Shown here piece by piece: positions 32,694 through 42,240 of a stretch of 64,000 bases of DNA. Every line of letters starts with the position of its first letter. Position 1 is the first letter of the stretch. The stretch is from contig OZ220090.1 in the NCBI GenBank assembly GCA_964291625.2, forward strand, positions 736,001-800,000. Reading direction: 5' to 3'. The DNA comes from Candidatus Latescibacterota bacterium (GTDB lineage Bacteria > Latescibacterota > UBA2968 > UBA8231). The position numbers and the translations under genes were made by a program. The notes beneath the pieces were generated by a model, which was given only the letters and a program-made list of their open reading frames with translations, was not told the origin of the DNA and searched no databases.

Positions 32694-33242
32694 TCACGCT
32701 TCGGAATCACCCTCGCCGGCGTCGACCTCCCCCTGCTGATCAGCGATGGCCGACAGGGTTCCCACCAGACCTCGGAGCAACCCGTTGAGCACAGCCGACA
32801 GGCCGTACAGGGGGGCCTGGACAGAGCCGACCACCTGGCCGATCAACTCCTCCCGCGAGGGCAGCTTGGCCAGTTGGGCCACGGCCTCGGCCGTCAGGAT
32901 CTGACCGTCCACCAAGCCCGTCTTTATCGCCAGCTTGCCGCCGCTGTCGATGAACTCCTGCAGGATCTTGGCCGGAGCCACGGGATCGTCCTGAACGAAG
33001 GCCATGGCCGTGGGGCCTTCGAGGTACTGCTCCAACCCCTGCAGGCCGGCATCGCTGGCAGCCCGCTTGGCGAGGCGGTTCTTCACCACCTGGTACTCCA
33101 CCCCCGCCCCGCGCAGGGACCGGCGCAGACGGGTCACGGAGTCCACGTCGAGGCCATGGAAGTCGGCGAGGAAGATGGCATCGGCCTCGGCCATCTTCCT
33201 TGCCAGGAGGCTGACCGCTTCGGTCTTTTCCACAGTCGGCAT
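32694..33242 (-). CDS. rplJ: 50S ribosomal protein L10
   Basis: [28 protein letters not shown]. Confidence 0.96.
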   Translation of the reverse strand: MPTVEKTEAVSLLARKMAEADAIFLADFHGLDVDSVTRLRRSLRGAGVEYQVVKNRLAKRAASDAGLQGLEQYLEGPTAMAFVQDDPVAPAKILQEFIDSGGKLAIKTGLVDGQILTAEAVAQLAKLPSREELIGQVVGSVQAPLYGLSAVLNGLLRGLVGTLSAIADQQGEVDAGEGDSEA

Positions 33243-33243
33243 G

Positions 33244-33945
33244 TCAGGCCGCCAGAGCCGCAGGGTCGATGCGGATGCCGGGCCCCATCGTCGAAGACAA
33301 CACGGCCTTCCGGATGAACTGGCCCTTGGCCGACGATGGCCGGGCCCGCAGGATGGCATCGGAGAAGGCGCGGGCGTTCTCCAGGAGAGCGGTATCCTCG
33401 AAGGAAACCTTGCCAATGGGGGCTTGGGCGTTGTTTCCGGACTTGCTGTCGGCACGGAACTCGACTCGCCCCGCCTTGGCCTCGGCGACGGCCTGGGAGA
33501 TCTCGCGCGTCACTGTCCCGGTCTTCGGATTGGGCATCATCCCCCGGGGGCCCAGAATCCTGCCGAGCCGGCCCACCTGGCCCATCATGTCGGGAGAAGC
33601 GATGACGAGATCGAAGTCGAGCCATCCCTTCTGGATCTGCTCGATGAGGTCGGCACCCCCCACGTGATCGGCCCCGGCCTCCTCTGCCTGCGCGGCCAGC
33701 TCTCCTTGGGTGATGACCACCACCCGGATCTCCTTCCCCGTGCCATGAGGCAGCATGACTGTCCCGCGAAGGGCCTGCTCCGCCTGGCGTCCGTCGATGC
33801 CCAGATGGAAACCGAGTTCCACGGTTTCGTCGTACTTCCGTTGCGGGAAGGACTTCAACAGGCTCACGGCCTGTTCGAGAGAGAGAGGCTCGGCCCTGTC
33901 GTACTTCTCGAGCGATTCCCGGAACTTGCGGCTTTTCCTGCCCAT
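33244..33945 (-). CDS. rplA: 50S ribosomal protein L1
   Basis: [30 protein letters not shown]. Confidence 0.98.
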   Translation of the reverse strand: MGRKSRKFRESLEKYDRAEPLSLEQAVSLLKSFPQRKYDETVELGFHLGIDGRQAEQALRGTVMLPHGTGKEIRVVVITQGELAAQAEEAGADHVGGADLIEQIQKGWLDFDLVIASPDMMGQVGRLGRILGPRGMMPNPKTGTVTREISQAVAEAKAGRVEFRADSKSGNNAQAPIGKVSFEDTALLENARAFSDAILRARPSSAKGQFIRKAVLSSTMGPGIRIDPAALAA

Positions 33946-33964
33946 GTGACCTCCTTGCAGTCGC

Positions 33965-34390
33965 TCAGGCTTCGACGATGAGCCCCATGCTGCGCGCGGT
34001 TCCGGCGATCATGAGGGCCGCAGCCTCCACGTCGTTGGCGTTGAGGTCCTCCATCTTGACCTCGGCGATCTCGCGCAACTGGGCCTGCGTCACTGTACCC
34101 ACCTTGTCGCGGTTCGGCACTCCCGAGCCCTTGTCGATCCCCGCCGCCCGCTTCAGCAGCGTCGAGGCAGGCGGGGTCTTGGTGATGAAGCTGAAGCTGC
34201 GGTCGGCGAAGACGGTGATGACCACCGGAATGAGCAACCCCTGCTTGTCCTGGGTCTGGGCATTGAAGGCCTTGCAGAACTCCATGATATTGACGCCGTG
34301 CTGCCCCAGGGCCGGGCCGACAGGGGGCGTGGGGTTCGCGGAACCCGCGGGAATCTGCAGCTTGATCTGGGCCAGTTCTTTCTTCGCCAT
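33965..34390 (-). CDS. rplK: 50S ribosomal protein L11
   Basis: [30 protein letters not shown]. Confidence 0.98.
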   Translation of the reverse strand: MAKKELAQIKLQIPAGSANPTPPVGPALGQHGVNIMEFCKAFNAQTQDKQGLLIPVVITVFADRSFSFITKTPPASTLLKRAAGIDKGSGVPNRDKVGTVTQAQLREIAEVKMEDLNANDVEAAALMIAGTARSMGLIVEA

Positions 34391-34409
34391 CGATTCGTTC
34401 CGTCTTCCG

Positions 34410-34958
34410 TCAGGTGGCCACGCTCTCGTCGACCGCCTCCACCTGGAGCACGTCGAGCTCGACCGGGGTCCCACGGCCGAAGATGCTGACCACGATCTTC
34501 AGCCTTCTCTTTTCGGGGATCACCTCCTGCACCGTGCCGATGAAGTCCTTGAAGGCGCCATCGACGACTTTCACCTGGTCACCGGCCACGTAGGGGATCT
34601 CCTCGACTTCCTGAGCTTTCCGCCGGTCGGCGTGACCCAGAATGTGGTCGACCTCCTCCTGGGTCAGGGGCTGCGGCTTGCGGGCCGGGCCGACGAAGTT
34701 GGTGACTCCGGGGACGTTGGTCACCAGGTGCCAGGCGTCCTTGCTCATCTCCATCTCCACCAGGACGTAACTGGGGAGAAAACGCCTCTTGGAGATCGTC
34801 TTCTTGCCGCCCCGCATCTCCACCACCTCCTCCGTCGGCACGACGACCTTGGCGATGGCGCCTTCGGCGGCGCCCTGCTGGATCAGGGTCTCGAGGTAGG
34901 TCTTGACCTTGTTCTCGTGTCCAGAATAGGTATGAAGCGCGTACCACTGTTCGGCCAT
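34410..34958 (-). CDS. nusG: Transcription termination/antitermination factor NusG
   Basis: [25 protein letters not shown] motif, [10 protein letters not shown]. Confidence 0.97.
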   Translation of the reverse strand: MAEQWYALHTYSGHENKVKTYLETLIQQGAAEGAIAKVVVPTEEVVEMRGGKKTISKRRFLPSYVLVEMEMSKDAWHLVTNVPGVTNFVGPARKPQPLTQEEVDHILGHADRRKAQEVEEIPYVAGDQVKVVDGAFKDFIGTVQEVIPEKRRLKIVVSIFGRGTPVELDVLQVEAVDESVAT

Positions 34959-34985
34959 GCTGCGACCTTCCGCTTTTCTCTATCC

Positions 34986-35174
34986 CTACAGGACTATGAG
35001 GATGGACCGGATGTAGGAAAGAACGAGGTCGAAGAGGCCGACGAAGATCGCGAAGACGATGGAGAATACAATGACTACCGTCGTGGAATTCACCAATTCC
35101 TCTCGGGTAGGCCAGATGACCCTGGCGAACTCGCCACGCACCTCGCTCAGAAAGCCTGTCAGCTTGTCGAACAT
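34986..35174 (-). CDS. secE: Preprotein translocase subunit SecE
   Basis: EFARVIWPTREEL followed by one transmembrane helix; between tRNA-Trp and nusG. Confidence 0.93.
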   Translation of the reverse strand: MFDKLTGFLSEVRGEFARVIWPTREELVNSTTVVIVFSIVFAIFVGLFDLVLSYIRSILIVL

Positions 35175-35225
35175 CCAGAGTCGGGACTCCTGTGTGGTCC
35201 CCGCATTCCCCCCCGCTGATGATCT

Positions 35226-35302
35226 TGGCAGGCCCGGCAGGACTTGAACCTGCAACCGCCGGTTTTGGAGACCGGTGCTCTACCAAATTGAGCTACAGGC
35301 CT
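35226..35302 (-). tRNA. trpT: tRNA-Trp (CCA)
   Basis: AGGCCTGTAGCTCAA...GGTCT-CCA-AAACC...GGTTCAAGTCC...CGGGCCTGCCA; acceptor stem pairs; CCA encoded. Confidence 0.97.
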
Positions 35303-35453
35303 ACCGCGTCTCCCGGTGCAAGGTCTGCCGTCCGCAGTGGGCACAGTACTTCCGGTACTCGACCCGATCCGGATGGGCCCGGCGGTTCTTCGTAGCCGAG
35401 TAGTTGCGACGGCTACACACCTCGCACTCGAGTGTGATGCGATGCCTTGGCAT
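35301..35453 (-). CDS. rpmG: 50S ribosomal protein L33 (zinc type)
   Basis: [18 protein letters not shown]...[16 protein letters not shown]. Confidence 0.96.
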   Translation of the reverse strand: MPRHRITLECEVCSRRNYSATKNRRAHPDRVEYRKYCAHCGRQTLHRETR

Positions 35454-35516
35454 CTCGTGGCCGCGCCACCGGCCGGGCGCCGGCACGCCCCCCGGCCCCA
35501 AGCCTACCCCTGTTGC

Positions 35517-35592
<76 letters not shown>

Positions 35593-35619
35593 TCGCATGG
35601 CTGACGTGGTGGCGGGAAA

Positions 35620-35696
35620 TGGAGCGGGAAACGGGACTCGAACCCGCGACATCGAGCTTGGAAGGCTCGCGCTCTAGCCAACTGAGCTACTCCCGC
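35620..35696 (-). tRNA. glyT: tRNA-Gly (TCC)
   Basis: GCGGGAGTAGCTCAG...GCCT-TCC-AAGC...GGTTCGAGTCC...CCCGCTCCA. Confidence 0.97.
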
Positions 35697-35767
35697 CCTC
35701 CATCTGCCCGCCGCCGAGCACCAAGACTCCGGCTGCCGGCAGGATGCCCGCCGGATACAGACCTTAG

Positions 35768-35796
35768 AAAATACAGCTGGTTTGGATAGGTGTCAA
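35768..35796 (-). promoter_or_regulatory. Sigma-70-type promoter for the tRNA-rpmG-secE-nusG-rpl-rpo transcript
   Basis: Minus strand TTGACA-N17-TATTTT. Confidence 0.78.
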
Positions 35797-35815
35797 CCCT
35801 TACCGGAGATCGATT

Positions 35816-36319
35816 TCAGGCTCCCCGGGGGCCTTGGAGGGCGCCCAAGTCCCGGGTGATCCTGACGATCCTGTAGCGGAGGACCCCAGCCGGCACCTTG
35901 ATTTCCACCTCCTCGCCCTCTTCCCTGCCCAGCAGGCCCCTGCCGATGGGAGATACGGTCGAGATCTTGCCCTGCTCGAAATCCGCCTCCTCCGGGGATA
36001 CGAGCGTATAGGTGAGCTCCCCACCCTTCCCCAGATCCGCCAACTGCACGGTAGCGCCGATGTAGACCTTGTCATCGGGGATGTCCTCGGCCTCGATCAG
36101 CCGCGCCCTGCTGAGGGTTTCCTCGAGCCGGCCGATCCGCTGCTCAAGGAACATCAGTCTCTCCTTGGCGGCCGAGTACTCCGCATTCTCGGAAAGATCC
36201 CCGAACTCACGGGCCCGCTGAAGAGCCTGACGTACCTTGGGACGCTCGTCCGTTCGGAGCTGCATCAACTCGTCCTTGAGCTTCTGCAGGCCCTCTCGCG
36301 ACAGATATACCTCGGTCAT
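35816..36319 (-). CDS. greA: Transcription elongation factor GreA
   Basis: AREFGDLSENAEYSAAKE, ISTVSPIGRGLLG. Confidence 0.96.
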   Translation of the reverse strand: MTEVYLSREGLQKLKDELMQLRTDERPKVRQALQRAREFGDLSENAEYSAAKERLMFLEQRIGRLEETLSRARLIEAEDIPDDKVYIGATVQLADLGKGGELTYTLVSPEEADFEQGKISTVSPIGRGLLGREEGEEVEIKVPAGVLRYRIVRITRDLGALQGPRGA

Positions 36320-36369
36320 GGCAATAGCTGGCTCCTGATGCCCCCTGAAACGCCCGTCACTGCAGGGAG

Positions 36370-36418
36370 AAACAAAAAGCGGAAGCTTGGCTCCCATTCC
36401 TGAGGGGGCCGCTTCCGC
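36370..36418 (-). terminator. Intrinsic terminator/attenuator in the greA leader
   Basis: Stem GCGGAAGC/GCTTCCGC with an inner GC stem, followed by TTTTTGTTT on the minus strand, between promoter and greA. Confidence 0.7.
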
Positions 36419-36448
36419 ATTCGGGCAACCTTCGATGTTGACTCAACT

Positions 36449-36477
36449 AATATAGATGACGGAAACCCCGGTGGCAA
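36449..36477 (-). promoter_or_regulatory. Sigma-70-type promoter for greA
   Basis: Minus strand TTGCCA-N17-TATATT. Confidence 0.72.
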
Positions 36478-36628
36478 GGTGAGGGCGCCCCATGGGACCC
36501 GCTTGACCGGCCTCTGACAGCGCGTGTGGGATCCGGCCGCCACTTGCCGGCCCCGGCCTCTCGCCCCCCTCGGAGGCACTGAGCAATCTCCTTGCCCTCA
36601 TCCTGAAAGGGCGCTTAGGTTCGGATTC

Positions 36629-37600
36629 GTGGCAGCGAACTCAAGCCTCGCAGATCCGTACGCCGCCGTTGCGCGCAGCTCGGCTCTCCTCGACGCCTCC
36701 GGCCGGGGGCGCATCCTGTTCACGGGCCCCGACCACCTCGACTTCCTACACCGGATGTCGACCAACGGAATCGCCGGGAGCGCCGTCGGCCGAGGACTGG
36801 AGACGGTATTCTGCGACTCCCGTGGGCGGATCTTTCAGGTCGCCGACCTGAGCCGCACCGCCGAGGAAGAGACCACCGCATTCGTCGAGGATGCCCCGGC
36901 GCTCCTCGCCTGGCTCGAGCGCTACCGGTTCTCCGAGCGCATGGAGTGGGCGGACATCACCGGGGCTACCGGGCAGATCGAGCTGCTCGGACCCGCCGCG
37001 GCCGAGGCTTCTCGATCGGCGCTCGGTGCGGTCCCCGGGGAGTCCGCTGCCACCCTTCCCCCCGGCGGCCTGTGGGGGATACGGCGCCGCATGGGCGGTC
37101 GGTCCACCCTCCGCCTGTGGGGGCCGCGCTCCGAGATCGAGGAATGCCGCCGCCTGCTGGCCACGGAGGCGGCCGAACTGGACGCCGGTACCTGGGAGAT
37201 TCTGCGAGTCGAGTGGGGTCTTCCCGCGGCCGGTCGCGAACTCACCCTGGACCACAATCCCTGGGAGGCGGGTCTGGGAGACGCCGTGCACCTGGACAAG
37301 GGGTGCTACATCGGACAGGAGGTCGTCGCCCGCCTGGATACCTATCGGAAGGTGAAGCAGCAGCTGGTGGGTCTGCGCCCCGACCGGGAGATCCGGTCCG
37401 GCGCCCAGCTGGAGGCCGGGGGCAGGCCCGCGGGCCTGGTGACCAGCAGCGTCTCCTCACCCAGGCTCGGGCCACTCGCCCTGGCCTACGTGCGTACCCC
37501 ACACTGCCGGCCCGGAACGATCCTGTCCGTCGATGGCACCGAGGCCGCAGTCAGTGCCCTCCCTTTCGACCCGGACCGGCGGGACGGGACGGGACGGTGA
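36629..37600 (+). CDS. ygfZ: YgfZ/GcvT-family folate-binding protein
   Basis: FLHRMSTN and the signature KGCYIGQEVVARL; GTG start at 36629 inferred. Confidence 0.88.
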   Translation: MAANSSLADPYAAVARSSALLDASGRGRILFTGPDHLDFLHRMSTNGIAGSAVGRGLETVFCDSRGRIFQVADLSRTAEEETTAFVEDAPALLAWLERYRFSERMEWADITGATGQIELLGPAAAEASRSALGAVPGESAATLPPGGLWGIRRRMGGRSTLRLWGPRSEIEECRRLLATEAAELDAGTWEILRVEWGLPAAGRELTLDHNPWEAGLGDAVHLDKGCYIGQEVVARLDTYRKVKQQLVGLRPDREIRSGAQLEAGGRPAGLVTSSVSSPRLGPLALAYVRTPHCRPGTILSVDGTEAAVSALPFDPDRRDGTGR

Positions 37601-38697
37601 GCGGCGGCCGCAAGATCATCCACATCGACATGGACGCGTTCTACGCCTCCGTGGAGCAACGGGACGATCCGAGCCTCCGGGGACGGCCCGTCGTAGTCGG
37701 CGGCAATCCGGAGGGGCGAGGCGTGGTCGCCGCAGCCTCGTACGAGGCCCGTGCCTTCGGGGTACGCTCGGCCATGCCGATGCGAAGGGCACTGCGGCTG
37801 TGCCCCGAGGCGGTCCGGACCGCCCCTGACTTCGGCCGCTACCGGGAGGTCTCCCGGCAGATCCGGGAGATCTTCCACCATCACACTGACCTGGTCGAGC
37901 CGCTCGCCCTCGACGAGGCCTATCTGGACGTCACCCGCAACAAACTCGGAATCCCTTTCGGCCACCGCGTGGCTCGCACGATCAAGGCCGAGATCCGCGA
38001 CCGGCTCCGACTTACTGCCTCGGCGGGTGTCGCACCCTGCAAGTTCGTCGCCAAGATCGCCTCTGACCTCGAAAAACCCGATGGACTGGTCACCGTCATG
38101 CCCCATCAGGTACGGGAGTTTCTCCATCCCCTGACTGTTGCCCGGATCCCGGGTGTCGGAGATGTGACTCGACAGCAGCTGAAATCCCTGGGCTACGAGA
38201 CCATCGGACAACTGGCACGGGCGGACCCTCTCCGGCTGGAAGCGCGCTTCGGCAAGCGCGGCCGATACCTGCACCAGCGGGCCCTGGGTATCGACGATGA
38301 TCCTGTGACGACCGAGAGAGAGCCGAAGCAGCTGAGCTCCGAGTCGACCTTCCCCGCCGATCTCTCCGATCCGGAGGAGATGCGCGGCGCCCTGCGGACC
38401 CTCGCGAAAGAGGTGGCCAGCCGGCTGCGGCGACGGGGGCTTGCGGGCCGGACGGTGATGCTCAAGGTTCGCTACCCCGACTTCGAGACCGTGACCCGGG
38501 CACAGACGGGAAGCCTGCCTCTGGACCGCGCCGAGACGATGCTGAGGATCGCCGTCGACCTGCTGAGCCGCACCGATGCGGAGCGAAAGGGGGTCCGGCT
38601 TCTGGGGATCGGCCTCTCTCACTTCGGCGACAGCGAGACTCCGGGGACGGCGGGGCAGTTGGACCTGTTCGTCGCGGACGAGTCTTCCGATGCTTGA
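37597..38697 (+). CDS. dinB: DNA polymerase IV
   Basis: IIHIDMDAFYASVEQ, SYEAR, DEAYLDV, KPDGL, little-finger domain; overlaps the ygfZ stop (GTGA). Confidence 0.96.
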   Translation: MSGGRKIIHIDMDAFYASVEQRDDPSLRGRPVVVGGNPEGRGVVAAASYEARAFGVRSAMPMRRALRLCPEAVRTAPDFGRYREVSRQIREIFHHHTDLVEPLALDEAYLDVTRNKLGIPFGHRVARTIKAEIRDRLRLTASAGVAPCKFVAKIASDLEKPDGLVTVMPHQVREFLHPLTVARIPGVGDVTRQQLKSLGYETIGQLARADPLRLEARFGKRGRYLHQRALGIDDDPVTTEREPKQLSSESTFPADLSDPEEMRGALRTLAKEVASRLRRRGLAGRTVMLKVRYPDFETVTRAQTGSLPLDRAETMLRIAVDLLSRTDAERKGVRLLGIGLSHFGDSETPGTAGQLDLFVADESSDA

Positions 38698-38707
38698 GTC
38701 GAAGCCC

Positions 38708-39229
38708 CTACTCGTGGAGGCCAGGCTGGTAAAGGCCAACGCTGTAGAACTCGTACGACGCCGCCTTGTCGGGGAAGTCGACGACGTGGACGGTGAATCT
38801 GGAGGGGACCCCGGTGTGGGCCATGTGATCGCGGAAGAAGCCGCTGTAGGCCTCGGCATACGCCTTGTAGAGGCGCTGCTGCTCGGCCAGGTACCCCTCC
38901 GGATCGAGGCGGGGATCGGGGGCCTTCGGCTGTGAGGCGAAGGCGTGAACCTCCACGAAGTCGATGCGCGCTATGGAGTCGCAGATCCCGGCCTGCTGCA
39001 GCCACTTCTCCCAGCAACGGAAGACCAGCTCCACCTCGATCGAAGGCTCCATGGTGACCAGCTCGTCCCGCTCGAGGATCCCGCGGGCGGAGTGCCCCCC
39101 GGTCAGACCGGCGAAGTAGATCCTCAGGTCCCCTCCGTCGAGCTTCTCGGTGACGAGTGCCGAGAGGGTGGGATGATCCCCACCATAATAGTAGGTGAGG
39201 CGACCTCGCTCCTTGACGTTGAAAGCCAT
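38708..39229 (-). CDS. Hypothetical protein, probable divergent RidA/YjgF (Rid) family
   Basis: GGAGGA RBS; manual alignment to RidA motifs (IYFAG, LQQAG, AYSGFF, PSR, YEF). Confidence 0.6.
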   Translation of the reverse strand: MAFNVKERGRLTYYYGGDHPTLSALVTEKLDGGDLRIYFAGLTGGHSARGILERDELVTMEPSIEVELVFRCWEKWLQQAGICDSIARIDFVEVHAFASQPKAPDPRLDPEGYLAEQQRLYKAYAEAYSGFFRDHMAHTGVPSRFTVHVVDFPDKAASYEFYSVGLYQPGLHE

Positions 39230-39244
39230 CTCCTTCCTCCTTTC

Positions 39245-42121
39245 TCAGGCCAGGGCCTCGGCCAGAACCTCGGCCCAGTGTCGGGCCTCACGGCCCGTGG
39301 CGTCGGCGATCTGATGGCGGCATGAGGTGCCGGCCGTAGCGACCTCGGCTCCTGGATCCGCGGCCACCACCTCCAGCAGACGCTCCCGGCCGACCTCCAG
39401 GGAGACATCGTAGTGCTCCCGCTCGTACCCGAAGCTCCCGGCCATCCCGCAACAGCCGGAGGGGATCTCCTCCACCTGGTACCCGGGGGGAGCAGCCAGC
39501 AGCTCCAGCGTGTCCTTGGTGTCCCCCAGCGCCTTCTGATGGCAATGGCCGTGGAGCAGTACGCGTCTCTTCAGGTCCGTGAAGTCGAGTGTGGATCCGC
39601 CCTCGGTGCGTTCGGCGAGGAACTCGTCGAGGAGGAAGAGATTGCTGGCCACGGTGCGGGCGGCGTCGGCGTCCTCGGCGAGATCGAGGTAGTCGTCGCG
39701 GTAAGTGGAGGCGCAGCTGGGCTCCACGGCGACGACGGGCCAGCCTCGATCGGTATACCCCGCAAGAGCCTGGAGGTTAGCCACGGCACGGCCCTTCGCC
39801 TCCCGGAGGAATCCCTTGGAGATCAGCGGCCGCCCGCAGCAGAGCCGACGCCGGGGGATCACGACCTCGAAGCCCGCTGACTCGAGGAGGGTCACCGCCG
39901 CGCGGCCGACTTCGGGATCGTTGTACTCGGTGAAAGTGTCGTTGTAGAAGACGACGGTGCCCCGGCTTCGGCCACTGGTGGGGGCACGCCCGCGGAACCA
40001 GCGGGAGAAAGTGGGGCTCGCCAGGGCAGGCATGCGGCGCCGGCGGTCGATGCCGAGGAGGCGCTCCATCAGCCATCGGCTCGGCCGGGCGTGCATGAGG
40101 GGATTTGCGAGCCGGGAGATGGGGGCCATCCAGCGATTCAGCCGGTCGATCCGGGCGAAGAGGTGAGAGCGGAGGGGATAGCCGTGCCGCTCGTGGTAGC
40201 GGGCGAGGAATTCGTACTTGAGCTTGGCCATGTCGACGCTCGATGGGCATTCGGACTTGCAGGCCTTGCACTCGAGACAGAGGTCCATCGCCTCGTACAG
40301 CTCGTCGCTCTCGAGGCCCCCGGGCAGACGGCCGCTCAGGGCGGCGCGCAAGGCGTTGGCGCGCCCGCGGGTACTGTGCTGTTCCTCGAGAGTGGCCATG
40401 TAAGAGGGACACATGGTGCCCACGAGCTTCTTGCGGCACTGCCCGACTCCGGAGCACATCTCCACCGCCTGCTGGAATCCACCGGCTTCGTCGTAGCGGA
40501 ACCAGGTCTCCTCCTGCACCTCCGGGTAGCCGTCGCCGTAGCGAAGGTTGGCATCCATCGGGGGGGGGTCCACGATCTTGCCGGGGTTCAGAATCCCGGT
40601 CGGGTCAAAGGCCGCCTTGACCCTGGCGAAGGCTCGGGGCAGACGGGGGCCGAACATCTTCTCGATCCACTCGCTGCGGGCCAGGCCATCACCGTGCTCG
40701 GCCGACATGGCACCGCCGTATTCCAGAACCCAGTCGCTCATCCGCTCCTCGAGGGCCCGAAGGGTGGCGATGCCGTCCCTCGCCTTCAGGTCGAGAACCG
40801 GGCGGATGTGGATGACGCCGACACTGGCGTGGCCGTAATAGGTGGCCTGTGCCACTCCCTGCTCGGACATGAGCGATCGCACGCGGGCGATGTACTCCGG
40901 CAGATGTTCCACGGGCACACTCGTGTCCTCGACGCCCGCTGTCGGCTTGGCGTCCCCCTTCAGACCCATGAGCAGACCGAGTCCCGCCTTGCGCAGGTCC
41001 CAGATGTCCTTCTGCTCTTCCGGCGTGAAGGCGCGTACGTAGGCATACCCGAGCCCGGCACCTCTCAGCCTCGTCTCCAGGTCCTCGCACCGGTCCCGGA
41101 GCTCAGCTTCGCTCTCCCCGTGGTACTCGACGCAGAGCAGGGCTTCCGGATCCCCCTGGAGGAAGCCGCGCCGGGACTGATAGGACAGCTGGCCCCGGGT
41201 CTGGTCCATCAGCACGCGATCCATCAGTTCCGAAGCCGCCGGAGCGGTGCTCACCGCGTGCAGATTGGCTTCCATCGCCTCCACGAGATCCTCGAAGTGG
41301 CAGGCAACCACGACGGTGCGGCGTGGCCGCTCCACCAGGCGCACCTTGGCTTCGACGACGGCGCACAGGGTCCCCTCGGAGCCGACCACGATCTTGCTCA
41401 GGTCGAAAGGGGCCTCGGGGGCGGTGAGGGCGTCGAGGTTGTACCCGGACACCCTCCGCATCACTTTGGGGAAGCGCTCCTCGATCTCTGCGGCGTAGGC
41501 GTCCACGACCCGCCGCACCTCCCGATAGGCGCCCCCCTCGATTCCGGGGCGCCGGGAACGCTCCTCGAACTCGGATTGGGTCAGGGGACCGAGGGCGGCT
41601 GTCGAACCGTCGCTGAGCACGACCCCGAGCTCCTGCACGTGATCGACCGTCCGTCCGTGGAGTATGGAGTGGGAGCCGCAGGAGTTGTTGCCGATCATGC
41701 CGCCGAGGTTGGCCCGGCTGCTCGTGGACACATCCGGACCGAACTGCAGGCCCTGGGGTGCCACCGCGGCATTCAGCTCGTCGAGCACGACGCCGGGCTG
41801 CACCCGGGCCCACCGCTCCTCGGCATTTACCTCCAGAATGCGGTTCATGTGCCGGGAGAAGTCGATCTGCAAACCCTCGCCCACCGTCTGGCCGGCGAGA
41901 CTCGTGCCGCCTCCCCGGGGCAGAACGGGGACGCCCCTTTCCCCGGCGGTGCGAATCGTATGGGAGACATCCTCGACCGAGCGCGGCAGCACCACGCCGG
42001 CCGGGGCGATCTCGTAGATGCTCGCATCCGTCGAGTACAAGGTCCGGGTCAGGGCATCGAGGCGGACCTCGCCTTCGATACCCGCCGCGATCGCCTCCTC
42101 GAAGTTGCCGGTATCTCTCAA
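39245..42121 (-). CDS. FAD-binding and Fe-S oxidoreductase (YdiJ/GlcD-GlcF fusion type)
   Basis: PRGGGTSLAGQ, GSEGTL, EHGDG, CSGVGQC, CLECKACKSECP, HGHCHQ, CCGMAGSFG. Confidence 0.9.
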   Translation of the reverse strand: MRDTGNFEEAIAAGIEGEVRLDALTRTLYSTDASIYEIAPAGVVLPRSVEDVSHTIRTAGERGVPVLPRGGGTSLAGQTVGEGLQIDFSRHMNRILEVNAEERWARVQPGVVLDELNAAVAPQGLQFGPDVSTSSRANLGGMIGNNSCGSHSILHGRTVDHVQELGVVLSDGSTAALGPLTQSEFEERSRRPGIEGGAYREVRRVVDAYAAEIEERFPKVMRRVSGYNLDALTAPEAPFDLSKIVVGSEGTLCAVVEAKVRLVERPRRTVVVACHFEDLVEAMEANLHAVSTAPAASELMDRVLMDQTRGQLSYQSRRGFLQGDPEALLCVEYHGESEAELRDRCEDLETRLRGAGLGYAYVRAFTPEEQKDIWDLRKAGLGLLMGLKGDAKPTAGVEDTSVPVEHLPEYIARVRSLMSEQGVAQATYYGHASVGVIHIRPVLDLKARDGIATLRALEERMSDWVLEYGGAMSAEHGDGLARSEWIEKMFGPRLPRAFARVKAAFDPTGILNPGKIVDPPPMDANLRYGDGYPEVQEETWFRYDEAGGFQQAVEMCSGVGQCRKKLVGTMCPSYMATLEEQHSTRGRANALRAALSGRLPGGLESDELYEAMDLCLECKACKSECPSSVDMAKLKYEFLARYHERHGYPLRSHLFARIDRLNRWMAPISRLANPLMHARPSRWLMERLLGIDRRRRMPALASPTFSRWFRGRAPTSGRSRGTVVFYNDTFTEYNDPEVGRAAVTLLESAGFEVVIPRRRLCCGRPLISKGFLREAKGRAVANLQALAGYTDRGWPVVAVEPSCASTYRDDYLDLAEDADAARTVASNLFLLDEFLAERTEGGSTLDFTDLKRRVLLHGHCHQKALGDTKDTLELLAAPPGYQVEEIPSGCCGMAGSFGYEREHYDVSLEVGRERLLEVVAADPGAEVATAGTSCRHQIADATGREARHWAEVLAEALA

Positions 42122-42240
42122 GAAGAGGCTCTCCGAGGGGCGGCCACGGTCACCACAGCCGGAGTTGGCACGGCCCGGCGATCTGCGCGTCGCTCACCGG
42201 GGCACGCCTGACGGGACCATGGCCAGGGAGTTCGAGAAAA

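Noticed and set aside
36946-37596. Apparent N-terminal extension of DinB
   Set aside because: Alternative frame inside ygfZ; DinB homology starts at GTG 37597
42165-42182. TTGGCACG resembling a sigma-54 -24 box
   Set aside because: No TTGC/-12 element at the required spacing
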